The notes beneath the pieces are model-generated. The model ran no database searches. It worked only from the letters and a program-made list of their open reading frames with translations, and was not told the DNA's origin. Below are positions 1 to 8,385 of a DNA stretch of 10,087 nt, in pieces. The stretch is from the IMG/VR virus record IMGVR_UViG_2734482790_000005, positions 1-10,087 of that record. One strand, given 5' to 3'. The stretch comes from a virus (lineage: Duplodnaviria > Heunggongvirae > Uroviricota > Caudoviricetes). A program made the position numbers and the translations under genes. Each line of letters opens with the position of its first letter. The stretch's first letter is position 1.

Positions 1-1653
1 GGGTTAGCCGGTGCTGCCGGCTACGGACTGAAACAGGTCGCTTATGGATTTCGGGAGGCATCCCGTCAGGCCTATAATCTTGATGTCTCGGCAAAAAATG
101 CGGGAATGCGCGTTGACGATTTTACCCGACTTTCCGGGGCAATGCGTATTCTTGGGGCAGACAGCGAGAGCGCTAATGCATCAATAGAAGGTATTTTCAA
201 AGCATTCAATGAGGCTGCCAGTGGTAAAAACGAGGGGGTTATGGCAGCGATGGCGCAAATTGGTGCTCAAATCCAAAAAAACAGCGATGGTTCAGTAAAT
301 ACCCTTAAAACACTGGAGTCTATCGCAAAAATTTTTCCAACCTTGCGACCTGAACAGCAGAAGTCCGCCGCTGATGCACTTGGGCTGACGCCCGAATTGC
401 TGGCGCTAATGCGTGACGGTGAGCGCATGAAAAAGCTGCTGGCGAAATCGGATGAATTTGGTCTGACTGTGGATCCGGCACTAAATCAGCAATTGAGTGA
501 AGTGAACGGCACTATGAATGAGCTCAGCGCATCCTGGGATGGTCTGTGGCAACGTTCAAAAAACAAGGCACTTAAGACCATTCTTTCGGATGGTTCAGTC
601 AAAGACGGCCTTGAAGGTGTTACCGATCTGTTCACTAATGGTGATTTTACTGGGCTGTCTCATGCTCTCGGTTTTATCAACAGCAATGATGCTGAGAAAC
701 TACGGCGCATTCAGAACGATAAGGAACTTTATAACAGCTTACCCCGCAGTGAACGTGGGCAGGTTGACGCGGGTTTCATGACTGATGCTGTAAGAAAGCG
801 GTACGATGCGAATTACCGCGCGACCGATTCTGCGATTCAATTGCAGAATGACTTATCCGCTATCAGCCAGCCACAATCCAACGTTGCACGCGGCAATGTT
901 CCTTACGGGGAAACAAGGAATAACGCAATTGGCTTCAGAAATAATAATCCCGGTAATTTGAGAGTTGCAGCAAACGCAACGGGTAAAAATGGCGGATTTT
1001 CTACCTTTGCGAATGATGCCGACGGAAGAACTGCAATGGCGAGACAGCTGATGTTGTATGGTGACAGGGGGAATAATACTCTGGATGGGATTATTCATAC
1101 CTATGCTCCGCAATCAGAGAATAATACTCGTGCATATATTGACTCCGTCTCAAAAGCCACTGGATATGGAGCCAAAGAGCAAGTAAATCTGCACGATCCG
1201 GAAACATTAAAAACGATAATGGCAGCCATGATTAAACATGAGAATGGCGCACAACCTTATACTGAGGAACAACTGCTAAACGCCATCCAGACCGCCATTA
1301 CTGATGATCGGTGGTCAGGGAAGAGAAATCCGGATGTGCTGGCCCAGCAGCGGTATGACATTATCTCAGGTTCGCAAACTGGAAATCGTGACTCCAGCAC
1401 TCTTAGTAACCCGAGTGATGAAACTGATATTCTCTCAGGCTCGCAGAACAGAAATCGGGAATCCATCATTCTGAGTGATACGGGTAAGAAAAGTGATGAA
1501 AGTGTACTCGGCGACAATCTGGCTAAGTCTCTTAAAGAGGCAATGTCAGAACAACCACTTAAGCTCGAAATCACAATGGTTAATGATAAGGGTGAGCGAA
1601 AAACCTATAATGCGGAAAATAATGGCAGAATAACAACGGCCATGAATTACTGA
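1..1653 (+). CDS. Probable tail tape-measure protein, 3' part (5' end lies outside the window)
   Basis: Frame 1 is open from base 1 with no stop (codons ggg tta gcc ... read through to the ATG at 106), so the gene starts upstream; stop TGA at 1651-1653. Position immediately upstream of the DNA-circulation/baseplate block matches Mu-type gene order. Low-complexity helical-looking N-proximal part, then a distinct C-terminal region. Not confirmed by search. Confidence 0.6.
   Translation, partial: GLAGAAGYGLKQVAYGFREASRQAYNLDVSAKNAGMRVDDFTRLSGAMRILGADSESANASIEGIFKAFNEAASGKNEGVMAAMAQIGAQIQKNSDGSVNTLKTLESIAKIFPTLRPEQQKSAADALGLTPELLALMRDGERMKKLLAKSDEFGLTVDPALNQQLSEVNGTMNELSASWDGLWQRSKNKALKTILSDGSVKDGLEGVTDLFTNGDFTGLSHALGFINSNDAEKLRRIQNDKELYNSLPRSERGQVDAGFMTDAVRKRYDANYRATDSAIQLQNDLSAISQPQSNVARGNVPYGETRNNAIGFRNNNPGNLRVAANATGKNGGFSTFANDADGRTAMARQLMLYGDRGNNTLDGIIHTYAPQSENNTRAYIDSVSKATGYGAKEQVNLHDPETLKTIMAAMIKHENGAQPYTEEQLLNAIQTAITDDRWSGKRNPDVLAQQRYDIISGSQTGNRDSSTLSNPSDETDILSGSQNRNRESIILSDTGKKSDESVLGDNLAKSLKEAMSEQPLKLEITMVNDKGERKTYNAENNGRITTAMNY
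1357..1494 (+). repeat. Two tandem imperfect 69-bp (23-codon) repeats inside the tape-measure CDS
   Basis: Unit 1 (1357-1425) encodes DIISGSQTGNRDSSTLSNPSDET; unit 2 (1426-1494) encodes DILSGSQNRNRESIILSDTGKKS. Shared DI(I/L)SGSQ..NR(D/E)S..LS pattern, in frame with the CDS. Confidence 0.6.
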
Positions 1654-1684
1654 TCACTGTCGTCATTTCGTTAAGGAAGAAGTT

Positions 1685-1933
1685 ATGAATGAAAAAGTTT
1701 TTGGAGCAAAAGCCATTTAGACTCCAAAGGTTTTTGCGCTTGTTTACCTGGTAATTGGCATTTTCCTCGTTTTTTCTGTTGTCTCAATGAATTTCACGGC
1801 GATTACGATATCGGTGGTAAGTGCATTGCTTTTACGTGTGCTTTATGAGTTCCTAATGAACTCATTCAAGGCGACTGAGCATCTTTACAGGATCGCCGAA
1901 TCTCTTGACCGTAATGGATCCAGCGATAAATAG
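1685..1933 (+). other. Candidate small ORF in an AT-rich insert: strong SD + ATG, in-frame TAG after 11 codons, then a ~70-codon hydrophobic open frame ending at a second TAG
   Basis: AGGAAG at 1674-1679, 5 nt before ATG 1685; reads MNEKVFGAKAI then TAG at 1718-1720; same frame continues TPKVFALVYLVIGIFLVFSVVSMNFTAITISVVSALLLRVLYEFLMNSFKATEHLYRIAESLDRNGSSDK to TAG 1931-1933. The internal ATG at 1787 has no recognisable SD. Hydrophobicity may partly reflect T-richness. Confidence 0.3.
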
Positions 1934-1956
1934 ATAAGTCATTTCAGTGCATATGT

Positions 1957-1983
1957 AAACCGCCGACATGGCGGTTTTTTTAT
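1957..1983 (+). terminator. Rho-independent terminator (+ strand)
   Basis: Stem AAACCGCC (1957-1964), loop GACAT (1965-1969), stem GGCGGTTT (1970-1977), running into a T-tract TTTTTTTTATTT from 1975. On the opposite strand the hairpin is preceded by A-run, so it is unidirectional. Confidence 0.75.
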
Positions 1984-1996
1984 TTCCGGAGGCGTG

Positions 1997-3400
1997 ATGC
2001 CGTCAATTATCCAGGACGCAATAACTTCTCTTTTGGGGGGAGATACCAGCGATGACTGGCAGGGGCAGTTACGGCCCAGCTCATTCAGAGGTGTGCCATT
2101 TGCAATTGTTGCTGAGGAAGGGAGCCACGGCCGACGCCAGGCGGTACATGAATATCCCTACCGTGATACAGCCTGGATAGAGGATATCGGGCGGGCAACA
2201 CGGCGATTTGTTATTCGCGGTTTCTTGATCCAGAACAGCCAGGTTTACGGCGGCGGCGATGCTATCACGCAGCGCCAGTCACTGATTGAAGCCTGTGAAC
2301 AAAAAGGTAGCGGTACGCTTGTCCATCCGACACTGGGCGAATTAACGGTTTCCATCCCTGAGAATGGTTTGCGTATTTCCGGTTCGATGGAGAACGGGCG
2401 AGTATTTGAATTTACCCTGATGGCAATTGAATCAGGGCTTAAAGTGTTTGCTGTCACGGGCAGTACCGTTGCAGGCGCCACGGTGAAAACCAACTATCTG
2501 AAACTGGTCAGCACTGCTGTGCTGAGCACGATTGCCAGAGTTAAGAGTGAAATCCGCGGTGTCACACAGGCTATAAACACCATCAGAGGCACGGTCACGT
2601 TCTGGACTAACATGGTTGACAGCACCATCAGTCAGGTCACGAATCTCAGCAATGTCCTGAACTCCACGTTCGGGAATACCCGGTACGGACGTTACAGTAA
2701 AGGCTCTGTGGGCGGTAGTTCCTCTGCTGTTGCTGGCAAATCGTCAGTTGCTGATGTGGATGATGAGAGAGCACTGGCTGACAAGGTAACAGCCCAGTCG
2801 GTAATGGACCGGAAAAATGTTACCGACAGGTCGAGCCAGCTTAGCAGCTCCAACACACCTGATGAGTTTGTCCAGGGCGTCGCCGACGTGGTAAACGCAA
2901 TTCTTAACAGCGCCGGCAGCGTTAATGACCGAATCACAGCGCTGGAAAAACTGGCTAATTCAATCAGCACGGAGTACCAGCAGTCCGACAGCAGCAAAGC
3001 GATTTCGGCGACCATGAACACGCTGATTGTTGTGCTATGTACTGGTGCCATGACCAGTGCCGCTGCGGACTCCAGACCAGCCAGTACAGACGAGGCAGAA
3101 GAGTTAACTCAACGAGTTTCTGTGCAACTTGATACGGCGCTGGTTCTGGCTGGAGACCGCGCAGACGATGATATGTATAACGCGCTTCTCGCCGTCAGAT
3201 CGGCATTCCTTTCTACGATGAGTGAGCGTGCTTCTGGTCTGAGCGAGCTTCTGCAGGTTACTACCGCTCAGCCGCTTCCGGCGCTGACGCTGGCAAACCG
3301 ATTATACCAGGATGCCACCCGTGCAGATGAACTGGTACAGGAAGCGCGCGTACCGCATCCGGCGTTTATGCCGACAACCATGAAGGTACTGAGGCAATGA
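1997..3400 (+). CDS. DNA circulation protein (Mu gpN / gp43-like)
   Basis: N-terminus carries the SFRGVPF ... HEYPYRD ... EDIGR pattern typical of the Mu N family; size (467 aa from ATG 1997) and position before the baseplate hub fit. GGAGG at 1988-1992 precedes ATG 1997; GTG 1994 is the alternative start given in the ORF track. Confidence 0.8.
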   Translation: MPSIIQDAITSLLGGDTSDDWQGQLRPSSFRGVPFAIVAEEGSHGRRQAVHEYPYRDTAWIEDIGRATRRFVIRGFLIQNSQVYGGGDAITQRQSLIEACEQKGSGTLVHPTLGELTVSIPENGLRISGSMENGRVFEFTLMAIESGLKVFAVTGSTVAGATVKTNYLKLVSTAVLSTIARVKSEIRGVTQAINTIRGTVTFWTNMVDSTISQVTNLSNVLNSTFGNTRYGRYSKGSVGGSSSAVAGKSSVADVDDERALADKVTAQSVMDRKNVTDRSSQLSSSNTPDEFVQGVADVVNAILNSAGSVNDRITALEKLANSISTEYQQSDSSKAISATMNTLIVVLCTGAMTSAAADSRPASTDEAEELTQRVSVQLDTALVLAGDRADDDMYNALLAVRSAFLSTMSERASGLSELLQVTTAQPLPALTLANRLYQDATRADELVQEARVPHPAFMPTTMKVLRQ

Positions 3401-4482
3401 ATGCAGACAGCGATCTGGATGTTGTTTCTTTGACGGTCGACGGCAAAATCATCGAGGGGTGGGATTCTGTCCGGGTAACGCGGGGTATTGAGCGTTTTCC
3501 CTCTGATTTCGATCTTGGGCTAATGGATTACTTCCCTGGCAACGAAGATCGTCAACTCGTTGAAGAGGGAATGTCTTGTGAAGTTCGTATCGGAGATGAT
3601 CTGACACTGACGGGATATGTTGATGACTGGGAACCCGCACTATCGCGCTCCCGCCATGAGGTCCGCGCCACGGGCAGGAGCAAATGTCAGGACCTGGTGG
3701 ATTGCTCAGCCGAGTGGCCTAACAACGTCATCAATGCCAGTAATGCGCTTGAAATTGCTTCTCGCCTGGCATCCTACTACGGCATCACCGTAACCACGGA
3801 TGTTGATGAACTTGTGAAGGTACCCCAGTTCACTCTGAACTGGGGTGAGTCTCCGCAAGAAGTCATCGATCGGGTGGCCAGATGGTCTGCTCTGCTTTAC
3901 TACGATCAGCCCGATGGAAACCTGTTACTGACCCGGGTGGGAACACGTCGTGCGGCAAGTGGGATAGCCGAAGGGGTAAATGTCGAGCAGGCATACTACC
4001 GCAAATCGATGGCTGACAGGTTTTCAGATTATGTCGGTGTATCAATGAGCGTTTCTCCAATTGCAGGGTATTCGCCTGATACGGCCTATGACGCTGTGAC
4101 TCTGGCAACGGCGAGAGATCCGGAGGCCGCCCGCATGCGGTACCGAAAACATATATCGATTGTGGAAAGTACCCTGATGGCTACTCAACAGGCACAAAGT
4201 GCGATCGACTGGGAAATGAACCGGCGGTACGGACGTTCAAAACAGCTCTCGGTAACCATCGATTCCTGGCGGGATAAAGACGGGAAACTGTGGGAACCAA
4301 ACACATTGATCCCCGTTGATCTTCCCACCTTACGGTTGCCGAAGACTGAATTGCTACTGGCAGAAGTCACCTATATGCGCGATGACTACGGCACCCATGC
4401 ACGCATGACGCTGATGCCGCCTGAAGCATTCTCCGTTCAGCCATATGCCTTCTACCAGAACCTGGCGGGATTCAATACATGA
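3397..4482 (+). CDS. Baseplate hub protein (Mu gp44 / P2 gpD-like)
   Basis: 361 aa, start overlaps the upstream stop in an ATGA motif (3397-3400); position in the conserved Mu-type order N-hub-spike-wedge-J-gpI. Confidence 0.75.
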   Translation: MNADSDLDVVSLTVDGKIIEGWDSVRVTRGIERFPSDFDLGLMDYFPGNEDRQLVEEGMSCEVRIGDDLTLTGYVDDWEPALSRSRHEVRATGRSKCQDLVDCSAEWPNNVINASNALEIASRLASYYGITVTTDVDELVKVPQFTLNWGESPQEVIDRVARWSALLYYDQPDGNLLLTRVGTRRAASGIAEGVNVEQAYYRKSMADRFSDYVGVSMSVSPIAGYSPDTAYDAVTLATARDPEAARMRYRKHISIVESTLMATQQAQSAIDWEMNRRYGRSKQLSVTIDSWRDKDGKLWEPNTLIPVDLPTLRLPKTELLLAEVTYMRDDYGTHARMTLMPPEAFSVQPYAFYQNLAGFNT

Positions 4483-5063
4483 AGCAACTATTTAAACATG
4501 CAGCGACCAGGATCGCCGGCATGCTGGGGATTGGCCGGATCACGGCTATGAAAGATGGTGGGGTGGTGCAGTCTATCCAGTACCAGACTCCGCTGGAGGT
4601 GGCCAGCGCTCCGCGGATGGCAGAATTTGGCTTTTCATCCGGCCTGCCGTCAGGGACTGACGTGGTTCTGGCTTTTATTGGCGGTGATCGTTCCAGCGCG
4701 GTGGTAATTGCGTCCAACCATCAGGGGTTCCGTCATACAGGCCTGAAAGCGGGCGAAACGGTCATGTATAACCAGTGGGGCCTTAATATTCTCCTGACGG
4801 AGAAGGGGATCTTCCTGGATGCAAAGGGCCAGAATGTTGAGGTCAATAACGCCACTAACGTGACCATCAATGCCAGCCAGGGGATCCTTGCAAATACCCC
4901 GATCCTGAGGTGCACGGGTGACATTGTTGATAACTGTGAAACCAATACCCGAACACTGAAAGAGCTGCGGGATGCACATAATGACCATGATCATGTGGTT
5001 AAAAATGCCCAGAGTGGCAATGACAATATCCGCAGCCAAAAAACAGAGGATCAGGTGACATGA
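4479..5063 (+). CDS. Baseplate spike / assembly protein V (Mu gp45 / P2 gpV-like)
   Basis: 194 aa; ATGA overlap with upstream stop (4479-4482); C-terminal His/Asp cluster AHNDHDH (codons 4974-4994) of the kind that forms the metal-binding apex in gpV-type spikes. Confidence 0.75.
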   Translation: MKQLFKHAATRIAGMLGIGRITAMKDGGVVQSIQYQTPLEVASAPRMAEFGFSSGLPSGTDVVLAFIGGDRSSAVVIASNHQGFRHTGLKAGETVMYNQWGLNILLTEKGIFLDAKGQNVEVNNATNVTINASQGILANTPILRCTGDIVDNCETNTRTLKELRDAHNDHDHVVKNAQSGNDNIRSQKTEDQVT

Positions 5064-5497
5064 GTGACATCGCTTCATTCTGGAATGTGGATGAGATGTT
5101 TGCTGACTGGCAGAAAGGGCTGGGTGAACTCACCACGGGGAACGATTTACAGACTGCAATACTGGACAGCCTGTTTACCGACAGGCTGGCGCGCGCTGAC
5201 GATGATTATGAGGATAGCGATCGCCGCGGCTGGTGGGGGGATTCCGGGGAGGAATCCCAACTGGGATCCCGGCTGTGGCTGCTACGGCGGAAAAAACTGA
5301 CCCCGGATGTAGCAAAAAAAGCGGAGGAATACTCGAGTGAAGCGCTCAACTGGTTAAAGGTTGATGGCGTTGTCAGCGAGGTTATTCCTGTTGCAAGGAT
5401 CGTCCTGCCTGACCGGCTCAATCTCATTATCCGCTATCAGGCACCGGGGAAGGACTGGCAGGAATTCAGGTTTTACTGGATATGGGAGCAACGTTAA
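5060..5497 (+). CDS. Baseplate wedge protein (Mu gp46-like, GPW/gp25 functional equivalent)
   Basis: 145 aa; ATGA overlap at 5060-5063; size and position fit the Mu gp46 slot. Confidence 0.7.
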   Translation: MSDIASFWNVDEMFADWQKGLGELTTGNDLQTAILDSLFTDRLARADDDYEDSDRRGWWGDSGEESQLGSRLWLLRRKKLTPDVAKKAEEYSSEALNWLKVDGVVSEVIPVARIVLPDRLNLIIRYQAPGKDWQEFRFYWIWEQR

Positions 5498-5498
5498 T

Positions 5499-6641
5499 AT
5501 GCCGTTTAAACGACCGACGCTGAGCGAACTCCGCGACGGAAACCGGAAATTTATGCAGGCGGAGCTTGAGGATGTTGGTGCGCTCCTGCGCTTCGCGAAC
5601 CTGAAGGTACTGGCTGACATGGATGCGGGGATGGGGCATCTGCATTACGCCTACCTTGACTATATTGCCCTGCAGACAAACCCGTTTACCTCTACCGATG
5701 AGTATCTCGCCGGGTGGATGGCCCTTAAGCAGGTATTCAGAAAACCAGCTGCAGCGGCGAAGTCGCCTGCGGTACAGGCTAGTGGCAGTGTTGACTGTAT
5801 TATCCCTGTTGGCTCGATCATTAACCGCGGGGACGGATACCAGTACCGGACGGATGCAGATCTTAAAATTCAGGCAGATGGATTTGGTATCGTCGCGGTG
5901 ACGGCCATACTGCCGGATATTACCAGTGATGTAACGGGTGGAGGCGCGCGCGGTAACGCTGATGCCGGGACCATAATGACCCTGGACGCGAATATTGCTG
6001 GCGTGGATCCACAGGTAACGTTACTGTCCGCTGCGACCGGCGGAGCCGATATTGAAACGGAAGAGGATTTTCGCAGTCGTGGCTTGCTGGCATGGCAGAA
6101 TCCGCCTCAGGGTGGAAGCGACGCCGATTATAAAAAATGGGCGCTTGAGGTTTCGGGCGTCACCCGCGCGTGGGTAAAGCGGCGTCTGAACGGGGCCGGG
6201 ACCGTTGGCGTGTATATCATGTGTGATCGGAATGACAATGGTGGGTTTCCGGTCGGTACCGACGGAATATCCCAACTTGAGGACTGGGGGGCTGTTAAAG
6301 CCACCGGAGACCAGCTCGCTGTCGCCGACCACATCTATCCGCAGCAGACAGACACTGCCATTGTTTTCGTATGTTCCCCGATCAAGAAAGTCATCAATAT
6401 TGAAATCTCTGGGATCAAAAATGCCGACAGCACCACAGTTCAGGGGATAAAAGACGCGCTGACGGCGCTGTTTTTTGATGAAGCTAACCCTGATGGTTCC
6501 GGGAAAGTTTACCTCTCTGATATTAACGGGAGTATCGGCGGTGTTAGCGGCACGACGGGCTATATTCTTAACTCTCCGACGGCCAATATCACCTTTGCTG
6601 TTGGCGAAATTCCGGTGCTTGGCGGGGTGAATTTTGTATGA
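5499..6641 (+). CDS. Baseplate J-like protein (Mu gp47 / P2 gpJ-like)
   Basis: ATG 5499 lies 1 nt after the upstream stop (TAA 5495-5497) and is in frame with the 5361 ORF in the track; the 5361 start would overlap the upstream gene by 137 bp so 5499 is preferred. 380 aa. Confidence 0.8.
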   Translation: MPFKRPTLSELRDGNRKFMQAELEDVGALLRFANLKVLADMDAGMGHLHYAYLDYIALQTNPFTSTDEYLAGWMALKQVFRKPAAAAKSPAVQASGSVDCIIPVGSIINRGDGYQYRTDADLKIQADGFGIVAVTAILPDITSDVTGGGARGNADAGTIMTLDANIAGVDPQVTLLSAATGGADIETEEDFRSRGLLAWQNPPQGGSDADYKKWALEVSGVTRAWVKRRLNGAGTVGVYIMCDRNDNGGFPVGTDGISQLEDWGAVKATGDQLAVADHIYPQQTDTAIVFVCSPIKKVINIEISGIKNADSTTVQGIKDALTALFFDEANPDGSGKVYLSDINGSIGGVSGTTGYILNSPTANITFAVGEIPVLGGVNFV

Positions 6642-7231
6642 GCCTCTTTTCAAAAAATGATTATGCCGATGCGCTTGGTGCGCTGCTACCGACGGGCAGG
6701 GCGTGGCCCCGGTCGCAAAGAACGGTACAGGCTGCGGTATTACGGGCACTGGGCAGCGCGTTTCAGCGTTCTGACAACGATGCGCAAAGCCTGATTACTG
6801 GTGCTTTTCCCCCTACAGCGACGGTAATGTTGTCAGAATGGGAAAGCTCTCTGGGGTTACCAGATGATTGTGCGATTGGTGAATCCGGTGGCGTCAGCGA
6901 TCGCCAGCGCGCCGTGGTGGCAAAGTTAATCAGCACCGGCGGCCTGAACCGCGATTATTACATCCGGGTGGCTGCAGCTCTTGGTTATACCATCACTATC
7001 ACACAGTTCCGGCCCGCTATGAGTGGCATGTCAGTATGCGGTGATGCGCTTAACGGTGACGAGTGGCCATTTACCTGGCGGATAAATGCGCCACAAACAA
7101 CGATCAAGTATTCGCTTGCTGGCGCGTCCTACTGCGGAGATCCGCTCGCATCGTGGGGCAATAAACAACTGGAGTGTTCAATCAACAAAATTGCCCCATC
7201 CCATCTGAACATCATTTTCAATTATTCATAA
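6638..7231 (+). CDS. Tail protein, P2 gpI / Mu gp48-like (YmfQ-type)
   Basis: 197 aa; ATGA overlap at 6638-6641; sits between baseplate J and the tail fibre as in Mu, P2 and e14. Confidence 0.7.
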   Translation: MSLFSKNDYADALGALLPTGRAWPRSQRTVQAAVLRALGSAFQRSDNDAQSLITGAFPPTATVMLSEWESSLGLPDDCAIGESGGVSDRQRAVVAKLISTGGLNRDYYIRVAAALGYTITITQFRPAMSGMSVCGDALNGDEWPFTWRINAPQTTIKYSLAGASYCGDPLASWGNKQLECSINKIAPSHLNIIFNYS

Positions 7232-7282
7232 CTGATATTTCCCCCTCTGATTTTATCGCTTAACACTAAGTGAGGATTAACT

Positions 7283-7918
7283 ATGCTCCGAATCGGGCAA
7301 GTCGAAGCCACTGCAACGCAGGATGGCAAATATACTGATGGAAGTGTTGCTGGTGGTATTGCCGCAACGAGGCTGCGGGCAGCAGCGTTTAATGCCATGC
7401 AGGAAGAGTTAGCGCATATCGTAGAGTCAGCAGGATTGGCGCTCGACATTAACGATATGACTCAGGTTTTAAAAGCCATTCAAAAACTCACACTGAGCCG
7501 TGCAAACCCATTTGCCGATATCAAATCAGATGGTGCAGCGGCGATTTCTACGGCTCTCACAAACCTTGGTTTGGGAGAAGCGGCTAAAAGAAATGTAGGG
7601 ACAGGGGCGAATCAGATACCTGATATGGGTAGTTTTATGCTTTCTGCTTCAGTTCCTGGATATCAAAAATTGCCATCCGGTTTAATTATTCAATGGGGGC
7701 CAATTGATGTTCCGCTGACGCCTCAGGACACAGTAACCTATTTTCCGATTGCATTTCCGAATAGATGTCTGCGGGTATTTGCGACTCAGGATTACACTCC
7801 CGGCAGTGCAAATGTTGGCTATATAGCTTGTGCCGGTTATAACCAGGACCCGGTGAAATTTATTTCCAGAGCAGGCGTACCCGGTATCGGTGCTTCATTT
7901 TTCGCATTAGGGTGTTAA
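7283..7918 (+). CDS. Tail fibre protein, currently expressed form (constant N-part 7283-7567 fused to variable C-part 7568-7918)
   Basis: GAGGA at 7270-7274, 8 nt before ATG 7283. The 26-bp invertase crossover site lies inside the gene at 7554-7579, so the first ~95 codons are constant and the rest is inside the invertible segment. Followed by a tail-fibre assembly gene. Confidence 0.8.
   Translation: MLRIGQVEATATQDGKYTDGSVAGGIAATRLRAAAFNAMQEELAHIVESAGLALDINDMTQVLKAIQKLTLSRANPFADIKSDGAAAISTALTNLGLGEAAKRNVGTGANQIPDMGSFMLSASVPGYQKLPSGLIIQWGPIDVPLTPQDTVTYFPIAFPNRCLRVFATQDYTPGSANVGYIACAGYNQDPVKFISRAGVPGIGASFFALGC
7554..7579 (+). other. Left crossover site for the serine invertase (gix/hix/pix-like)
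   Basis: CTCTCACAAACC TT GGTTTGGGAGAA: two 12-bp half-sites around a 2-bp core (7566-7567). Half-sites resemble the Hin/Gin half-site consensus TTATCAAAAACC (9/12 each, from my recollection of that consensus). Its inner half is the exact reverse complement of the inner half of the right site. Confidence 0.8.
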
Positions 7919-7944
7919 TTTCTTTTAACTTTATGGAGTGAAAA

Positions 7945-8385
7945 ATGAATTACATATATTCCGCGACTACAAACTCTTTCTATCCCTTGGAGATGAAAGA
8001 GGATTACACGCAAGCTGACTCATGGCCAGATGATGCTGTTGAAGTTGATGAGCAAGTGTATATTGAGTTTTCCGGATTACCGCCGAAAGGAAAAATCCGT
8101 ATCGCTGGAGAAAATGGTTTTCCTGCATGGTCTGAAATTCCACCACCAACACATGAGGAACAGATTGCTGCAGCCGAACTGAAAAAGCAGCAATTGATTA
8201 ATCAGGCCAACGATTATATGAACAGTAAACAATGGGCTGGTAAAGCGGCTATTGGTCGTCTGAAAGGTGAGGAACTGGCGCAATATAATTTGTGGCTGGA
8301 TTATCTGGACGCACTGGAGCTGGTCGATACTTCCAGTGCGCCAGATATTGAATGGCCTACTCCTCCGGCAGTTCAGGCCAGATGA
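7945..8385 (+). CDS. Tail fibre assembly protein (Mu U / Tfa-like), partner of the currently expressed fibre
   Basis: 146 aa; N-terminus MNYIYSATTNSFYPLE and C-terminal LDYLDALELVDTSSAPDIEWP motif are typical of Tfa chaperones; GGAG at 7935-7938 precedes ATG 7945. Confidence 0.85.
   Translation: MNYIYSATTNSFYPLEMKEDYTQADSWPDDAVEVDEQVYIEFSGLPPKGKIRIAGENGFPAWSEIPPPTHEEQIAAAELKKQQLINQANDYMNSKQWAGKAAIGRLKGEELAQYNLWLDYLDALELVDTSSAPDIEWPTPPAVQAR

Noticed and set aside
518-781. Short + strand ORFs in alternative frames (518-781, 5064-5300, 5623-5901, 6205-6450, 8267-8491)
   Set aside because: Each is nested in another frame of a longer, well-supported gene and lacks its own initiation signals.
1606-1611. 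TATAAT hexamer inside the end of the tape-measure gene as a possible promoter for the small ORF
   Set aside because: No acceptable -35 at 16-18 bp spacing and no TG extension; kept only as a weak possibility.
5361-5498. Upstream extension of the baseplate J-like ORF to ATG 5361
   Set aside because: Would overlap the preceding wedge gene by 137 bp; ATG 5499 sits 1 nt after that gene's stop and is the more economical start.
6021-6749. 242-aa ORF on the - strand
   Set aside because: Lies entirely antisense to the baseplate J-like gene and the start of the gpI-like gene, has no SD and a compositionally odd product; treated as a shadow ORF. The same applies to the other - strand ORFs in the track that overlap + strand structural genes between 853 and 8388 (for example 4650-5078, 2692-3051, 8077-8388) and to 9550-9828 antisense to the invertase.
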